NCBI RefSeq assembly: GCF_009914755.1
Contig: NC_060925.1
DNA: 64,000 bases
DNA from: the human T2T-CHM13v2.0 reference genome, Homo sapiens
Reading direction: 5' to 3' (one strand)
Of this stretch, positions 1 through 11,735 are shown in pieces. A program made the translations under genes and the position numbers. The notes under the pieces were generated by a model that saw only the letters and a list, made by a program, of their open reading frames with translations, ran no database searches and was not told the origin of the DNA. Every line of letters begins with the position of its first letter. Within the stretch, counting starts at the first letter, position 1.

Positions 1-1124
1 TAATCTCTTTAGCAATATTTGACCTTAAGAACTTAAAATGAAAAGGTCAAAACATTTCAAGGAGTGGGAACCGGGTCCCTTCCCAGATTTCCCACTGTCA
101 CAGAGTTAGTGAATGTCAGTTGTGGTTGCCAGAGGCCCACAGGACCCCCCTCCCATAAGAAATAGTGAAAGCAGTGGAACAGGGTGAGTGCAGAGAGAGA
201 GACAGGTCTCTGCACTTCTCACTGTCTCCTGGGCCTTCAGCCACAAAGAAGGATGCTGCTTGGGAGGGCTCTGTTGGGTCAGAGTGAAGACACGGCCGGA
301 GAAGTCACCCCAGGCCCTCTTGGGGGCTTTCATCCCTTTCCCTCCCAGTCTCCAAGAATGGCTGCCTGAGTTTCTCATTCTCACTAAATTAAGCTGACAA
401 AACACAAACGAAAAAAAGGGGTAGGGGTAGAGGGGAGGGCATGGCACACTCTTGCTTTGCATTTTAATAACTCAGGCACAGTGCCTCAGACCATTTTTAA
501 TGAGAGATTGACTGATAGTGGTCTCCTCCCCACACCCTACTCGGAACAGATCAGGGTCTGGATCAACAGCATGCTTTCCTCCCCTCCAGAACATCTCACC
601 TGGCCCCGCTCCTGGTTGGAGGGTGGCCCACAATGAAACTTAAGCCCTTGGCATGATTTGCTGGCCTCTCGAGGGTCCAGTCTGGAAGGGCATCCCTAGT
701 CACCCAAGACACACTTCCCAGGGAAACCATGCCCTGGTGAGCTACACTCCTGCTTCTTGCCTTGTGAGGGAGTCAGTTATGAGGACATAGCCAGGCCCCA
801 CCAAGGGCAACTTCATGGAGATAAGAGCTATCTTATTTGGTCAGCCAACCTTCCCTTGAGCTCAGAGGCCTTGCAGCCAGGGATTGCTGGTGACAGTATG
901 AGAAGGGAACAGGGCTCAAGGCCACTGCCTGTCTCAAGAATGCAATGTCTTGTTCCTGCAGCCAGCCTCAGGCCAAATAGGGCCTCCCCACTCCATGGGG
1001 AGAATGTATGTCAACATATATTGACATAGATGAGGGCAACCTTGTGCCCCTGATCTCCAGCCTCAAAATACACCCTTCCTGCCTGAAATTCCCAAAAAAT
1101 GAGTTCTCTATTAATTGCAGAATC

Positions 1125-1312
1125 TGTATGTGCTAAGGGCTGTTGTAAGTCTTTTTGTAGAAAATGACATCTCATTTAAAAGACATGGCTATTCTGAGAG
1201 GTAGGAGCTATTTACCCCATTTGATGGGTGAGGAAACTGAGGATCAGAGAAGTCAATGGATTTCCCCACGTCTCCACAGCTAGTAAGTGGCAGAGCCAAG
1301 ATTCAAACTCTT
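1125..1312 (-). mobile_element. MIR SINE fragment
   Basis: gtgaggaaactgagg...cacagctagtaagtggcagagccaagattcaaac is the reverse complement of the MIR core. Confidence 0.8.
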
Positions 1313-3091
1313 GTTGGGCAGAGTTTCATCGACTGTTTCTGCCTGGCCAGCATGGGCAGCAGGGGATGCAAGGTCAGCGGAGACACTTAGAGGGTGGAGC
1401 TGGTCAGGTGGGCTTTGCAGTCACATCCCATCTGGAGCTCTGAGGAGCAGGAACCTGGCAGCTTCCAAGGTAGATGAAAAGCTGACCTGCCTCAAATTGT
1501 TTTATTTAAAGCCAGGCTTCTGACTGTTTGAAGCCGCTTGGTTTTGGCAGTGCTTTTCCCTTTTTCTCTTTTTTCTTCCTGTTTTTAAACAGCCCTCGCA
1601 GAAAAGGGGAGTGCATCATTGCTGGGCGCCTCACTTGCAGATGCTCAAAAGACCTCTGTCCCTCCCACCCCATGGCTGGCTCCAGAGCAAGGCAGCTGGG
1701 CTGCGTGTGAGCGAGTGGGCACACGTGCTCACAGACAGCTCTCATTTGCAGAAAGACAGGAAGCCCTGTATTGATCTGCACCTGAAGTGTAGATACAGAT
1801 GAAGTATTTTGCTTTTATAGTGAGTTTCACCAGCATTAAACTTCATTTATATCTCTATAAATATATACGGCTTTGAATGGGAGGCTTTACAGCTTGCCTT
1901 ATAAGTTCCATCTCTCTGTGGCACAGACTGGGTCACCGTGAGGAGACAGTCCCTTTATAGGTGGCTCTGGCCTCTGCCCTTTTCAACACAGCCATTTGCA
2001 GGGCTTTCATCTGGTGTTCAGGGCCCTGTCTGTCTGCCCAGCTGGACATCTCTCCTCCCAGCACCTGGATAGACATGGGCTCTCCAGCCCTGGCGCTGCC
2101 CTCTCCTCTGTCTGCCTGTGCCCTGTCACCCCTGGCTCACAGCTGGCCAGTTGGGAGGAGGGAAAGAGGGCACCGTGACTGTCAGCTGATCTGCTCTCCA
2201 CACCTGTCCCTGGGCCCAGCCACCACAGCTGACCTTGGTATTGACAAATTCACAGGGGACATCATGAGGTACTTACACAGGACAAGCTGGCAAAATCTGG
2301 CTTATTAGGGTATATGTTTTACAGAAATCCATTTAGATAAACAGGCTATCCACACAAACGCCAGCACTCAGTGGCCACAAGCCTTACAATACTTCACGAA
2401 GCAGGCAGCAGCTTCTGTCCCGATGCACTTGTGGAGATAAATTCAAAGTAATCTATATAAACTCAAGCCTTTGAAATTGCACAATGTCAAAAAATTCAAA
2501 CAATTACTCTAGCCCAGCCAGGAGGTGGTTGTTAGATGTTCTTCTTATGGAAAACAAAATTATAAAGGAAGGGAAAATGTTTCATAAATAAAATTCAGAA
2601 TGGTAGAAGAACCTGGAGGGAGGGGAAGGTAGAAAAAAGGAAACCCAAGTGTTCATGGTCTCTGGCTGACTGCAGAATAGGGCTCGGAAACCCTCCTTAA
2701 GGCTCAAATTAATTTCAGTCTAGTACAATTTCAAGGTAATTAATTGGGAAGAGGCATCTTTCAGGTATTTAAAAATATCAGATTGGCTCTTGGTACTAAA
2801 AGAGTAGGAGAAAAAATAGCCAACACATGCTTCTAAAATCAAGGTGATGTAAAACAAGGGCCAACCCAACCCATTAGCACTTGAGGAGCATATAAAATTC
2901 GGGTCAACCCAATAATTGCTAGCTTGTTGAAACACCAAGTACCCCAAGCTGCACCCAGTCCCCAGGCCATATTAAATAGCAAGTGGCACAATCTGGGCTA
3001 GAGGACATGTTCCATGACAGACACTGTCCCAGGGACTTTGTACTCATGCCTCATTTAATTCTCACAAAAAAAACTTAAGGAAGATGTGGTG

Positions 3092-3396
<305 letters not shown>

Positions 3397-3590
3397 CTAT
3401 AGGCTTTTCGGGGGTGAGGGAGGGTGAGGGAAAGAGGGGATGTGTAGGAATTTGAAGTCCAGTTTCCTGTTAATAACTCCCCAGGTCTTGCTTCTTGATG
3501 CCTTTGCCCCATGGGTTCTGTGTACATGTGGCCCAGAGCAGGGATGACTAAGATACAAGCAGCAGAGAGAGTGGAAGAACTTAGTCTCTG

Positions 3591-3922
3591 TCCAGGTGCT
3601 TCTGCTTATAATCCCAATACTTTGGGAGGCCAAGGTGGGAGGATCACTTAAAGCCAGGAATTCAAGACCAGCCTGGGCAATATATCAAGACCTCCATCTC
3701 TACAAAAAAAAAAGATCAAAAAATTAGCTGGGCATGTAGGTACATGCCTGTAGTCCCAGATCCTCAGGGGGCTGAGGTGGAGGGATGGCTTGAGTCCAGG
3801 AGGTAGAGTCTATGGTGAGCCATGATCACACCACTGCACTCCAGCCTGAGTAACAGAGTGAGATCCCATCTCAAAAACAAAGCAAAGCAAAAAGAAAAAC
3901 AAAAATAACAACAACAACAACA
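3591..3922 (+). mobile_element. AluJ with A/CAA-rich tail
   Basis: Diverged dimeric Alu with J-type ggaggatcactt...cctgggcaa motifs. Confidence 0.88.
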
Positions 3923-3934
3923 CAAAGTAGGCTC

Positions 3935-4310
3935 TGTTCCAAACAGATTTGGTTGAAAACCAGCCCTGCCACCTACTAGCTGTGTGGCCTTGGGCAAGCA
4001 CGTTAGCCTCTCTGAACCCCTCAAGAGCTTGGTTTTATAAAATGTGAGCGCTTTATAAAAACTTTCTGATTTTCTGTTGGTTCTGTTCAACCCAGAAGAA
4101 AGTCATTTAGCATCACTATGCCTCAGTTTTTTCACCTGTAAAACGGGGACAATAGTATATATCAAAATGTTTTACTCACTAAATGATGTAAAGTATTCAA
4201 AATGTTCATTAATAGTCATGACAGAAAACATTTATTAAGGGCATTCTCTGTGCCAAACACTTGGCCAAAGTTTATAGTAAGCACTCAGTAAGTGTTGACT
4301 AGCTTTATCA
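3935..4310 (+). mobile_element. MIR fragments
   Basis: ctgccacctactagctgtgtggccttgggcaag and gcctcagttttttcacctgtaaaacgggg. Confidence 0.7.
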
Positions 4311-5109
4311 TTAAGCCATAGAAAGACCCAAGCTTCCAGGGCCCAGGAATGTGAATTTTTAGGTGGACTAGGGTCAAAGACCAAATTCCAGCCCAGAGAT
4401 GTTGCCAAGCTTTTGTCAGATGTTAGCCACCCTGGGTTGATAATGTCCTAGGACCAATGTTCCAGACTTCCCCCTTTGTCTTTCCTCATACCATGCAGTT
4501 TGAGGAGGACACATCCAGATTTAAATAACCACAACTTCCTCCTGGGTCCTGGTAATAAACCTTTATTGAGTCATTTACAGCCACAGCATGAGATGTTATT
4601 ATAGAAGCCAAGTTGGGGTGCCCTTGGCAGTGCCCTGCTCTAGGATAGGGGTCCCGAGGAGACCAGGCTGGAACCCTTCAATAAACTAATGGGTCTGTTG
4701 GCTCATTTGTCCCTGACCCCAGAACTCCTTCCCCCATTATGAAGTTTCACCTTGTAATACATAACCCAGAGACGTGCTCCCCAAGGGTGAGGGCTGCACC
4801 TCTTCCTGCCTGCTAGTACCTCTCTGGCATAAGATTGGGGCACTTTGTTTAGCATCCATGCTCACTTAAACTTTGGCTGTTGTACAGATTAGCAATGAGA
4901 GTCTGAATATAGAAGATAAATCTGATTCATTCATGTGCACCAGCCCCAAGTATCCTCCTCCGTTTGCCTCCAAGAAGCCACCTGCTTGAACGTCATAGGG
5001 AAAGTGTACAATTTTAACTCATGGGAGTGTCATGACAAGAAAGTTTCCTTTTCTTACTTGATTGGAGAGTAAAGCAGAGGCAATTGGCAAGAATTAAAGG
5101 AGGGGAATA

Positions 5110-5502
5110 GGAAACAATGCAAGCGTCCATTAATGGATGGATGAATAAACAAAATGTGGTACATACATACAGTGGAATATTATTCAGCCATAAAAAGGAA
5201 GGAAGTTCTGACACATGCTATAGCATGGTTGAACCTTGAGGACATTATGCTAAATAAAATGAACTGGCTACGAAAGGACAAATATTGTATGATTTCACTT
5301 ACATGTAGTACCTAGGATAGTCAGGTTCATAGAGACAGGAAGAAGTTGCCAAGGGCTGGGGGAGGAGGAAATGGAGAATTAGCGTTTACTGTGTACAGAG
5401 TTTCAATTTGGAAAAATGAGAAAGTTCGGAAAATGGATGATGGTGATGATGGTTGCATACAATGTAAATGTACTTAGTGCCATTGAACTATATTTTTAAA
5501 AA
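5110..5502 (+). mobile_element. L1MB-type LINE-1 3' fragment
   Basis: aaacaaaatgtggtacatacatacagtggaatattattcagccataaaaaggaa...gaaccttgaggacattatgct and an L1MB-like 3' UTR. Confidence 0.88.
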
Positions 5503-6333
5503 GGAGGGAAAGAGAAAAAAACAAGGTTGCTTGAATTCCCTTTGCCAATTGGCATATTATCAGCTTGCTGTGTTCAAAATTTACCAATACAGTCGTAATT
5601 CAAAGTCACGTTTCCAAGGCTAAGTATAGTGGTTCTTATATATGATGGGAAATAGCTTTTGAACAATCCCATTCCAATTCCACCTTCCCCACTGGACTGT
5701 CTCTTAAGGAGATGAAACTCTAGTTAGGTAGGAAATCTCATCTTTATTAGCATAGCACATCATCAAAATGAGGCAAAAGTGTATCTCTGCGCTTCTGCCG
5801 AATCATCTACTGGAATTGGCTTGTGGGCATCGTTCAACTTTGTATTTCTGTATTAGGGAGTCCTCACTTTGGCTGTCTTCTAACTTTCCATGACATGGTG
5901 GTTTAGCAACCAACACTTTACTCTGTGGGATCCCAGCTGGCAGAAGTGACTCAGGAGCCTTCCCCTAAAAGAGCTGGCTGGGTGCACTGAGTGCATTCTC
6001 AAAGGCAGGTGACCCCAGAAAGAGGCAAAACCCTGGAAGAAGGTGTTATAATAAGGTCTCCAAATGGAAGGAGGCAGAGGACATCAGCAACCTCTGAACA
6101 TGTAAATAGGTCTGTGACCTACCTGGACACATTTTAAGCTCTACTAAAGATTCTAATTTACTGATTAATCTGCCAGAAACTCTGATTTCCTTGTGGAAGA
6201 CCCTATGTACAAACGGTGCACGAGATTCCCCATCTTTATCCAGTGGCCCTTAAATGAGGGACAGAGTAGAAGAGAATTGGACAGGCAAGGTGTCCAAACT
6301 GGTTATATATATTTGTACGTGTGTGCTGATACC

Positions 6334-6386
6334 ACACATGCACACACATGCACACACACACACACGCACGCACACACACACACATT
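6334..6386. repeat. Imperfect (CA)n microsatellite
   Basis: cacacatgcacacacatgcacacacacac... Confidence 0.9.
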
Positions 6387-7169
6387 CACCAAAGTTACCA
6401 AACCTTCTGATAACTCCGTTACTTCTTAATGGTAAAATGCAAGAGTACTACCTCACCCAGCCCACAACCCAGGGACGGAAGCAGGGTGAATGGAGACATC
6501 CCTGCATAGAGCTATGTTGGTACATGGGTCTCTGTAAGTGGCTTCTGGTTCTAAATTTACTCTTAAATAAAGAGAAACGGCACCCTCCTCAGCCATGACC
6601 TTTGTGGATAGGACTCAATTTCATGGTATAAGCTCTATCACAATGAACTCTCCTCTTTCTTTCTTTACTAAGCTCACATAGGTACTCTTTCCTCAGCTCA
6701 CTCTCCTGGAGCCCAGATGGGGAGACATGACCAACCACCAACTTGGAATACTGAATTCTAAGTTTTTAATAAAAATTTCAAAATCATCTCTATGAACTCC
6801 ATCAAATAACTCAGGTCAGCTCTGAGGCAGTTGCCTGCAGGAGCTTCCACAGTTTCTGTTCACATTTGATTGTTGGTTTCTATAAATGCGGTTGAAATGA
6901 CCACTTGACTTTCTAACACCATGACCTCAAGGCTGGGGAGCAGAATGTACCCCTCCCACATCTTTGCTACTTACCCAGTAACAATAGCCTCAGAACTCTG
7001 AGGTGTTCCCTTGAAAGTCTAGGGTTTACATACCACATCTATTAAGTAATACATTCAGCAATACATTTCTGCTGCAAAATGTAGCAGCATAAGCTATGGT
7101 GATACCACATATGCACAAACACAAGTCAGAAAGTGATGGTGTTGGGAGAGGGAGAAATTGGAAAGAAGC

Positions 7170-7300
7170 ACAGGGAACTTTTATACATCTTTTTTGGGGT
7201 ATACAAGTGTACACAATTGTCAAAACTTAATCTGAATACTTAAGATCAGTGCATTTTATTATATACAAATTATATGTCATTTTTTTCAACAAAAAAAAAG
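7170..7300 (+). mobile_element. Old L1M (L1MD/ME-like) 3' end fragment
   Basis: tatacaagtgtacacaattgtcaaaact...cacttaagat-like motif...gtgcattttattatatacaaattata. Confidence 0.6.
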
Positions 7301-9812
7301 TAATAATGGCGCTTTCCAGGTAAAAGATGGCAACCTATGGCCATGGAGAATAGGGCAGAACAGCTGACCTCCTCCTTCCATCTTTCCCCACCACTGCTCA
7401 TCTCCCCAGTCCTGGGTGGCAGCCCAGCAGTCTCCCCTACACAGTGAAGGGGGGTTGGGCATGAGAACTTAGTGGCTTTGTCTCCAGATTGCTGGCCAGA
7501 TATGATGGCCAGGAATGCTGCAGAAGTGGCATTATATGTAAAGTGAGTTTGTATCCAGTTTCCCACTCCTCTTCTAGTGGTTCTATAGGTGGTCAGAGCC
7601 CAGCCCTCTCCTGCTCCTTAGTCATCCTTGCCACATTCAGAGCCACAGAGGACTCAATGAAGGTGGTCCCAGAAAAACGTTCTTAGAGAGAACAGTCACC
7701 AAACACCCAAAGCCAAGACATCCATGGCAACATGCCCCAGATAGGGTGGCTTCAGCTGGGATTTCTGGGGCATGGTGATGTGACAATCAGGTGCACGACA
7801 TCAGTTCAGCCTAGATGCCACCAGCCCAGGGTTCTCTCTTTGCAGTAAGCCCAGAGAGCTCTTTACCTGGCTCTTGGCCATCTTCTTAGCTGAGAAGTAA
7901 AGGCCAGCAGCACCTTGAGACTTCTGGCTGATTCTCATTCTTCACCAGAGAGAGGCCATTGCTCCACACTGAGTTCCCTAAAAGGCTTTGGCTGCAAGTC
8001 TATCCAATGGGGAGCAATCCATTCCTTCTCTCCTGCACATGAGCATTACTGCATTTCCTAGGTGAGGGAATATTAGCAGGCTAGAAGTTCTATTTCTGCT
8101 TTCGCTATCCTCTGGCTTCCCACTTTAAGCGTCTGTGTCTCTCCATTTATAAAATGGGTCCAATAATGTCACTGAGCACTTTTTTTTCAGAGAAAATTTA
8201 AGGGCATTAATGAGATAATGACTACTAAGTATGGTGACTTCAGTAATAAACTGTGGTTTTGGACAGGGTCCACTGCAAGGGCATAATTTTTTAAAAATCC
8301 TCAGTGATGTGTCATGCAGAAATCTATCCACTCACTTGTTCAAACTGGAAGATTTCAAGGACAGGAGGTTTGGAATGTTAAAATACTGAATGAGTCAGTG
8401 TTGGTTTCTGATGCTCTGCATTTGTCTATTTCAGTCTTTCTTCCCTACCCTTACAACCTCTGACTTCACTGTCTTCCTGGATGCATTCTACTTCCTGCCA
8501 CTCTAGGGAGATGCTAAGATTTCTGGATCCAATGCCAAGCATAGTAAAAAAGAAAAGTGGTGCCATTTCACTCAGAACTGTGTCTCTCACCCAGAAGGCT
8601 CCCCAGCCAGAGGCAGAGAGTATTTTCTTCATCTTGGAGAAGGGGCCCATTGTGCTGAATTAAAAATAAGACAAAGAATCACCATTCTAGGGTCCATTTG
8701 GGGTTGGAAAGAGTGAAACCACCCCACCTTGCCTATGTATCTCCCCTGTCTCAACACACTTGAAGAAAGTGACCAGAACCATAAACAGTTAGGGGTTAAA
8801 TCAAGGGAAGACTTGCTCCTACAAGAAGCCACATCTCTTTCAAGTTCCCTGTAGGATGCTGGCTCCACGGAGACTTGAATGATTGAAGGAAATCCTCAAC
8901 ACCACTTGTTGAATGACTCAACCAGGTAGGTGTGGCCAGGACTGAATGGGGCAGGGGCAGGCCTATAGTGTCTCCAAGACAATACCAAAGCAGATGCAGG
9001 GAATTGACTGAACATACTTCAGAGAGGCAGAAAGCAGGAGAGACAGAGTAATACCTTGCAAAAAGTAGCAGCAGTGAAGAAAGAAGTAATAATGAGCTCC
9101 TGTTTGCAGAGCCTCTCAGTGCTGGAGGAGAACAGAGTACCACTTCAAGCCCTCCTGAGTCTGGGACAAGTCTAATTTTGTTTCTGCTCACCCTAGACAT
9201 ATAGAGACAAACCTTTATTCTTAGTTGTTTTTCACTGCCAAATGCCCCAGAAAACAGGGCAGAACAGACTTTGTCTTCTTTCCAACCACCCATAGCCAAA
9301 GATGGCATAAAAGTGGAGGGTACCTCCTGCCTCCTTGCAAATGTAATATAACCCACACCAGCCAGTCTCTGCAAAGCTCAAGACACTAGCACTTTCCTAC
9401 CACCATGAAGTCAGAAGGGACCTCAACCCCCCAAAGCCGCCCCAGCCTGAGCTTCACCTGTTGCACCTGCCCACTTACCATGGGTTCACACCAGAAGAGA
9501 AAGTAAAAGGTCAGGTTGGGCTCTCTCCACAGCAAGAGCCCAGAGAATACTAGGAAACTGACATTTTACAAAGCACCTCTTTAAAGCTCTCTCAGAGGTG
9601 CGTAACTTTTAACTCTACCTCCACTCCCAACCCCCCAGGCTTCCTTTGCAACTCTTTCCCACCATGGATGGCTTGTCGGGAGAGAGTTAAAGAAGGTGCA
9701 CGACTAATTCCCCAAACCATCTCGCTTATCTACAGACAAAAAGAACAGCCTTACATGGAGACACGCAGAAACCACCCGCAATTTAGCTCAGACCTCACCT
9801 GTCTTATGCAAC

Positions 9813-9815
<3 letters not shown>

Positions 9816-9845
<30 letters not shown>
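9816..9845. repeat. (CA)n microsatellite in intron 1
   Basis: About 15 perfect CA units. Confidence 0.95.
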
Positions 9846-9847
<2 letters not shown>

Positions 9848-10009
9848 GCAAGGCCAGAGTCCAATCCCCCTTTAATTCGGTAAACATAGTTTTGCGCCTT
9901 TCTTTTCCCTACGCAGAACCCGACTCTACTGGCAGCAGAGAAATAGATGTAACCCTAGTGCCAAATGCCTTGCAGAACACACAGATACACAGGAACCAAA
10001 ATGCATCTC

Positions 10010-10030
10010 ATAGCTCTCCTTGGTGCTGAA
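10010..10030 (-). promoter_or_regulatory. RE1/NRSE (REST binding site)
   Basis: Minus strand reads TTCAGCACCAAGGAGAGCTAT. The first 17 nt fit the RE1 consensus NTYAGMRCCNNRGMSAG at every position. Confidence 0.75.
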
Positions 10031-10075
10031 ATCACGTTAGCCAGAAAATCAAAGGAGCGAGTGCTCTGGACTTAC

Positions 10076-10445
10076 CCAGGCTGGGGGTGGGCGGCCGGGG
10101 AGCGAGAGGAGCTTCCTGGGAAGAAAATTCTTGCTTGCTCAGGCTGGAGCCAGCTGATGCGCTCACCTAGAGAGCCCTCCTCTTTCCCTTCTCTTCCCTT
10201 CCTCCTATTCTGGGAGGAAGAGACAAGGCTCCACGAAAGAAATGAAACCCAAGCTGTCAGGGCTACGGGTGGAAGGAGAATGAGGAGGCAACCAAAATAA
10301 GATCAAAAAGTCAGGTGGCTTCACTCCACTAGTGGTAATTCCTTGGGTCAGAGAGGACCCCCTTCTCTCACTCTCCCTGGGTCTGCCCGTCTCCTCTGGG
10401 TGTTGAGCCAACAGCCTTAGCACAGTCGGTTCCTGCCTCTGACGT
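10076..10445 (-). other. TNR: Non-coding first exon (5' UTR) of a minus-strand neural gene, probably tenascin-R exon 1; 5' end approximate
   Basis: Canonical minus-strand donor CCTGG|GTAAGT (plus strand acttacccagg, 10070-10080). Repeat-free, CpG-retaining sequence. Inr-like TTTC-ACGTC near 10445. Flanked by RE1, CTCF and (GA)n. Gene identity comes from recall of the TNR 5' UTR and its TATA-less, GAGA-containing promoter, not from an alignment. Confidence 0.6.
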
Positions 10446-10476
10446 GAAAGAGAGGAGGAAGCCTGGGACTGCTTTG

Positions 10477-10478
<2 letters not shown>

Positions 10479-10521
<43 letters not shown>

Positions 10522-10532
10522 GCGCTCTCTCT
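10479..10532. repeat. (CT)n/(GA)n microsatellite in promoter
   Basis: About 20 uninterrupted CT units followed by cacgcgctctctct. Confidence 0.95.
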
Positions 10533-10600
10533 TTTCCCCTCTTGCTGAAATTTCAGCAGCATGATTTTTTTAAGCCTCCGTTTTTTCCATCCCCCTACAA

Positions 10601-10619
10601 GCAGCCCCCTAGTGGACAG
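10601..10619 (-). promoter_or_regulatory. CTCF binding motif
   Basis: Minus strand CTGTCCACTAGGGGGCTGC closely matches the CTCF core CCASYAGRKGGCRS. Confidence 0.65.
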
Positions 10620-11249
10620 AAAAGAAAAGCATCCTAAATCCTCTTGAACAGTCCAGATTCAGGCACAGAAATACTCCCCGCACCCAACTCTTGGAGCTGC
10701 CTCTGCATAGGCAGGGTCCTGAAGAAGATAGAGGCTTCCCTCTGACCAACCCAGATAAGAAGAGAAAGGGAGAGGATGGAAGCTTTTGCAGATCCTTTGC
10801 CCATGATTGAAGGAGAAATCCAGGGTGGAATGGGTTGGGATAGAATGTTTTGGAATAAGGTCAGTTGTGGGGTTCTCAAGTGGTTTGAGGTCCGGGCTCA
10901 GCAGAAGGAACCCTCCAAAAAGTCAGCGTCTGCAGCCAGGTGAAGTATGTGTATACGTAGCACAACCCAGGCATGGGAATGCCTAAAGAGGCAGAGGATA
11001 CAGGGAGCTGGCCCTTCATCCAACTCCACAATATAGCTTTTTTGTAAAGCTAGTAAGAAAAATATCTGAAAAGATATGGCCTGAGATCATCTCAGAAGTA
11101 GAGACAGAAGTGACCTTGATGCACATTTATGGAGAACCTTGGCAGAGAAGGGGCATCAAGGGGTCACTGCTCATAGGCTCATAAGGGATATCTAACATTC
11201 TCTTTTAAATGTACAGCCACACAGCCTCCCGGAAAGAGTCCTAATACTT

Positions 11250-11735
11250 ACATCTAAAAATCTGAGTCCTGGTTTCAGACTGCCACTTGCTTACTGGACA
11301 TTTTGCTTCTCTATGGCTCAATTTTACTGTTTGTAAAATGTGGATAATGCTGCCCCCTCCCTACTGAATAGGAATGCTAAGGGACTGGAATGATATAGAA
11401 ACATAGAACCTCAGGATTGGCAGGGAATTTAAAGGTAATCTTATACAAACACTCTTCTTATATTTGATTCACTCCTGGCAAATAACAATAGCTAACATTT
11501 ATAGAGTGTTTATACCAGGTGCTAGGCACTGTTATAAGCCCTTACATGTATTAGCTCATTTAAGCCATACAATAACTCTATAATGCAGAGGCTATTATTG
11601 CTACTCTATAGACTGGGAACTGAGTAACAGAGGAATGAAATAACTTTCCAAAGATCACACAACTAGTGAGTGTCAGGGATGGTAATGGAACCTGAGCCAT
11701 CTGACCCTGGAGCTTCCTCATTGAATTACCATGTT
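11250..11735. mobile_element. Two MIR copies (+ at ~11250-11400, - at ~11480-11735)
   Basis: ctgccacttgcttactgg...tgtaaaatgtggataat, then aatagctaacatttatagag...gatcacacaactagtgagtg. Confidence 0.75.

Larger units (their letters stand above)
10430..10620 (-). promoter_or_regulatory. TATA-less proximal promoter with CRE-like site, (GA)n tract, palindrome and CTCF motif
   Basis: TGACGTGA at 10440-10447 (1 mismatch to CRE TGACGTCA); (CT)n 10479-10532; TGCTGAAATTTCAGCA 10543-10558; CTCF-like motif 10601-10619; directly upstream of an exon with a strong donor. Confidence 0.65.

Noticed and set aside
7346-9284. Similar ~35-bp segments at 7346-7380 and 9249-9284 sharing agggcagaacag
   Set aside because: The exact core is only 12 bp with loose flanks, compatible with chance in 64 kb.
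8796-9374. 192-aa minus-strand ORF with a hydrophobic stretch downstream of exon 1
   Set aside because: Non-ATG start, no recognisable homology, no clear splice boundaries; lies in the inferred intron.
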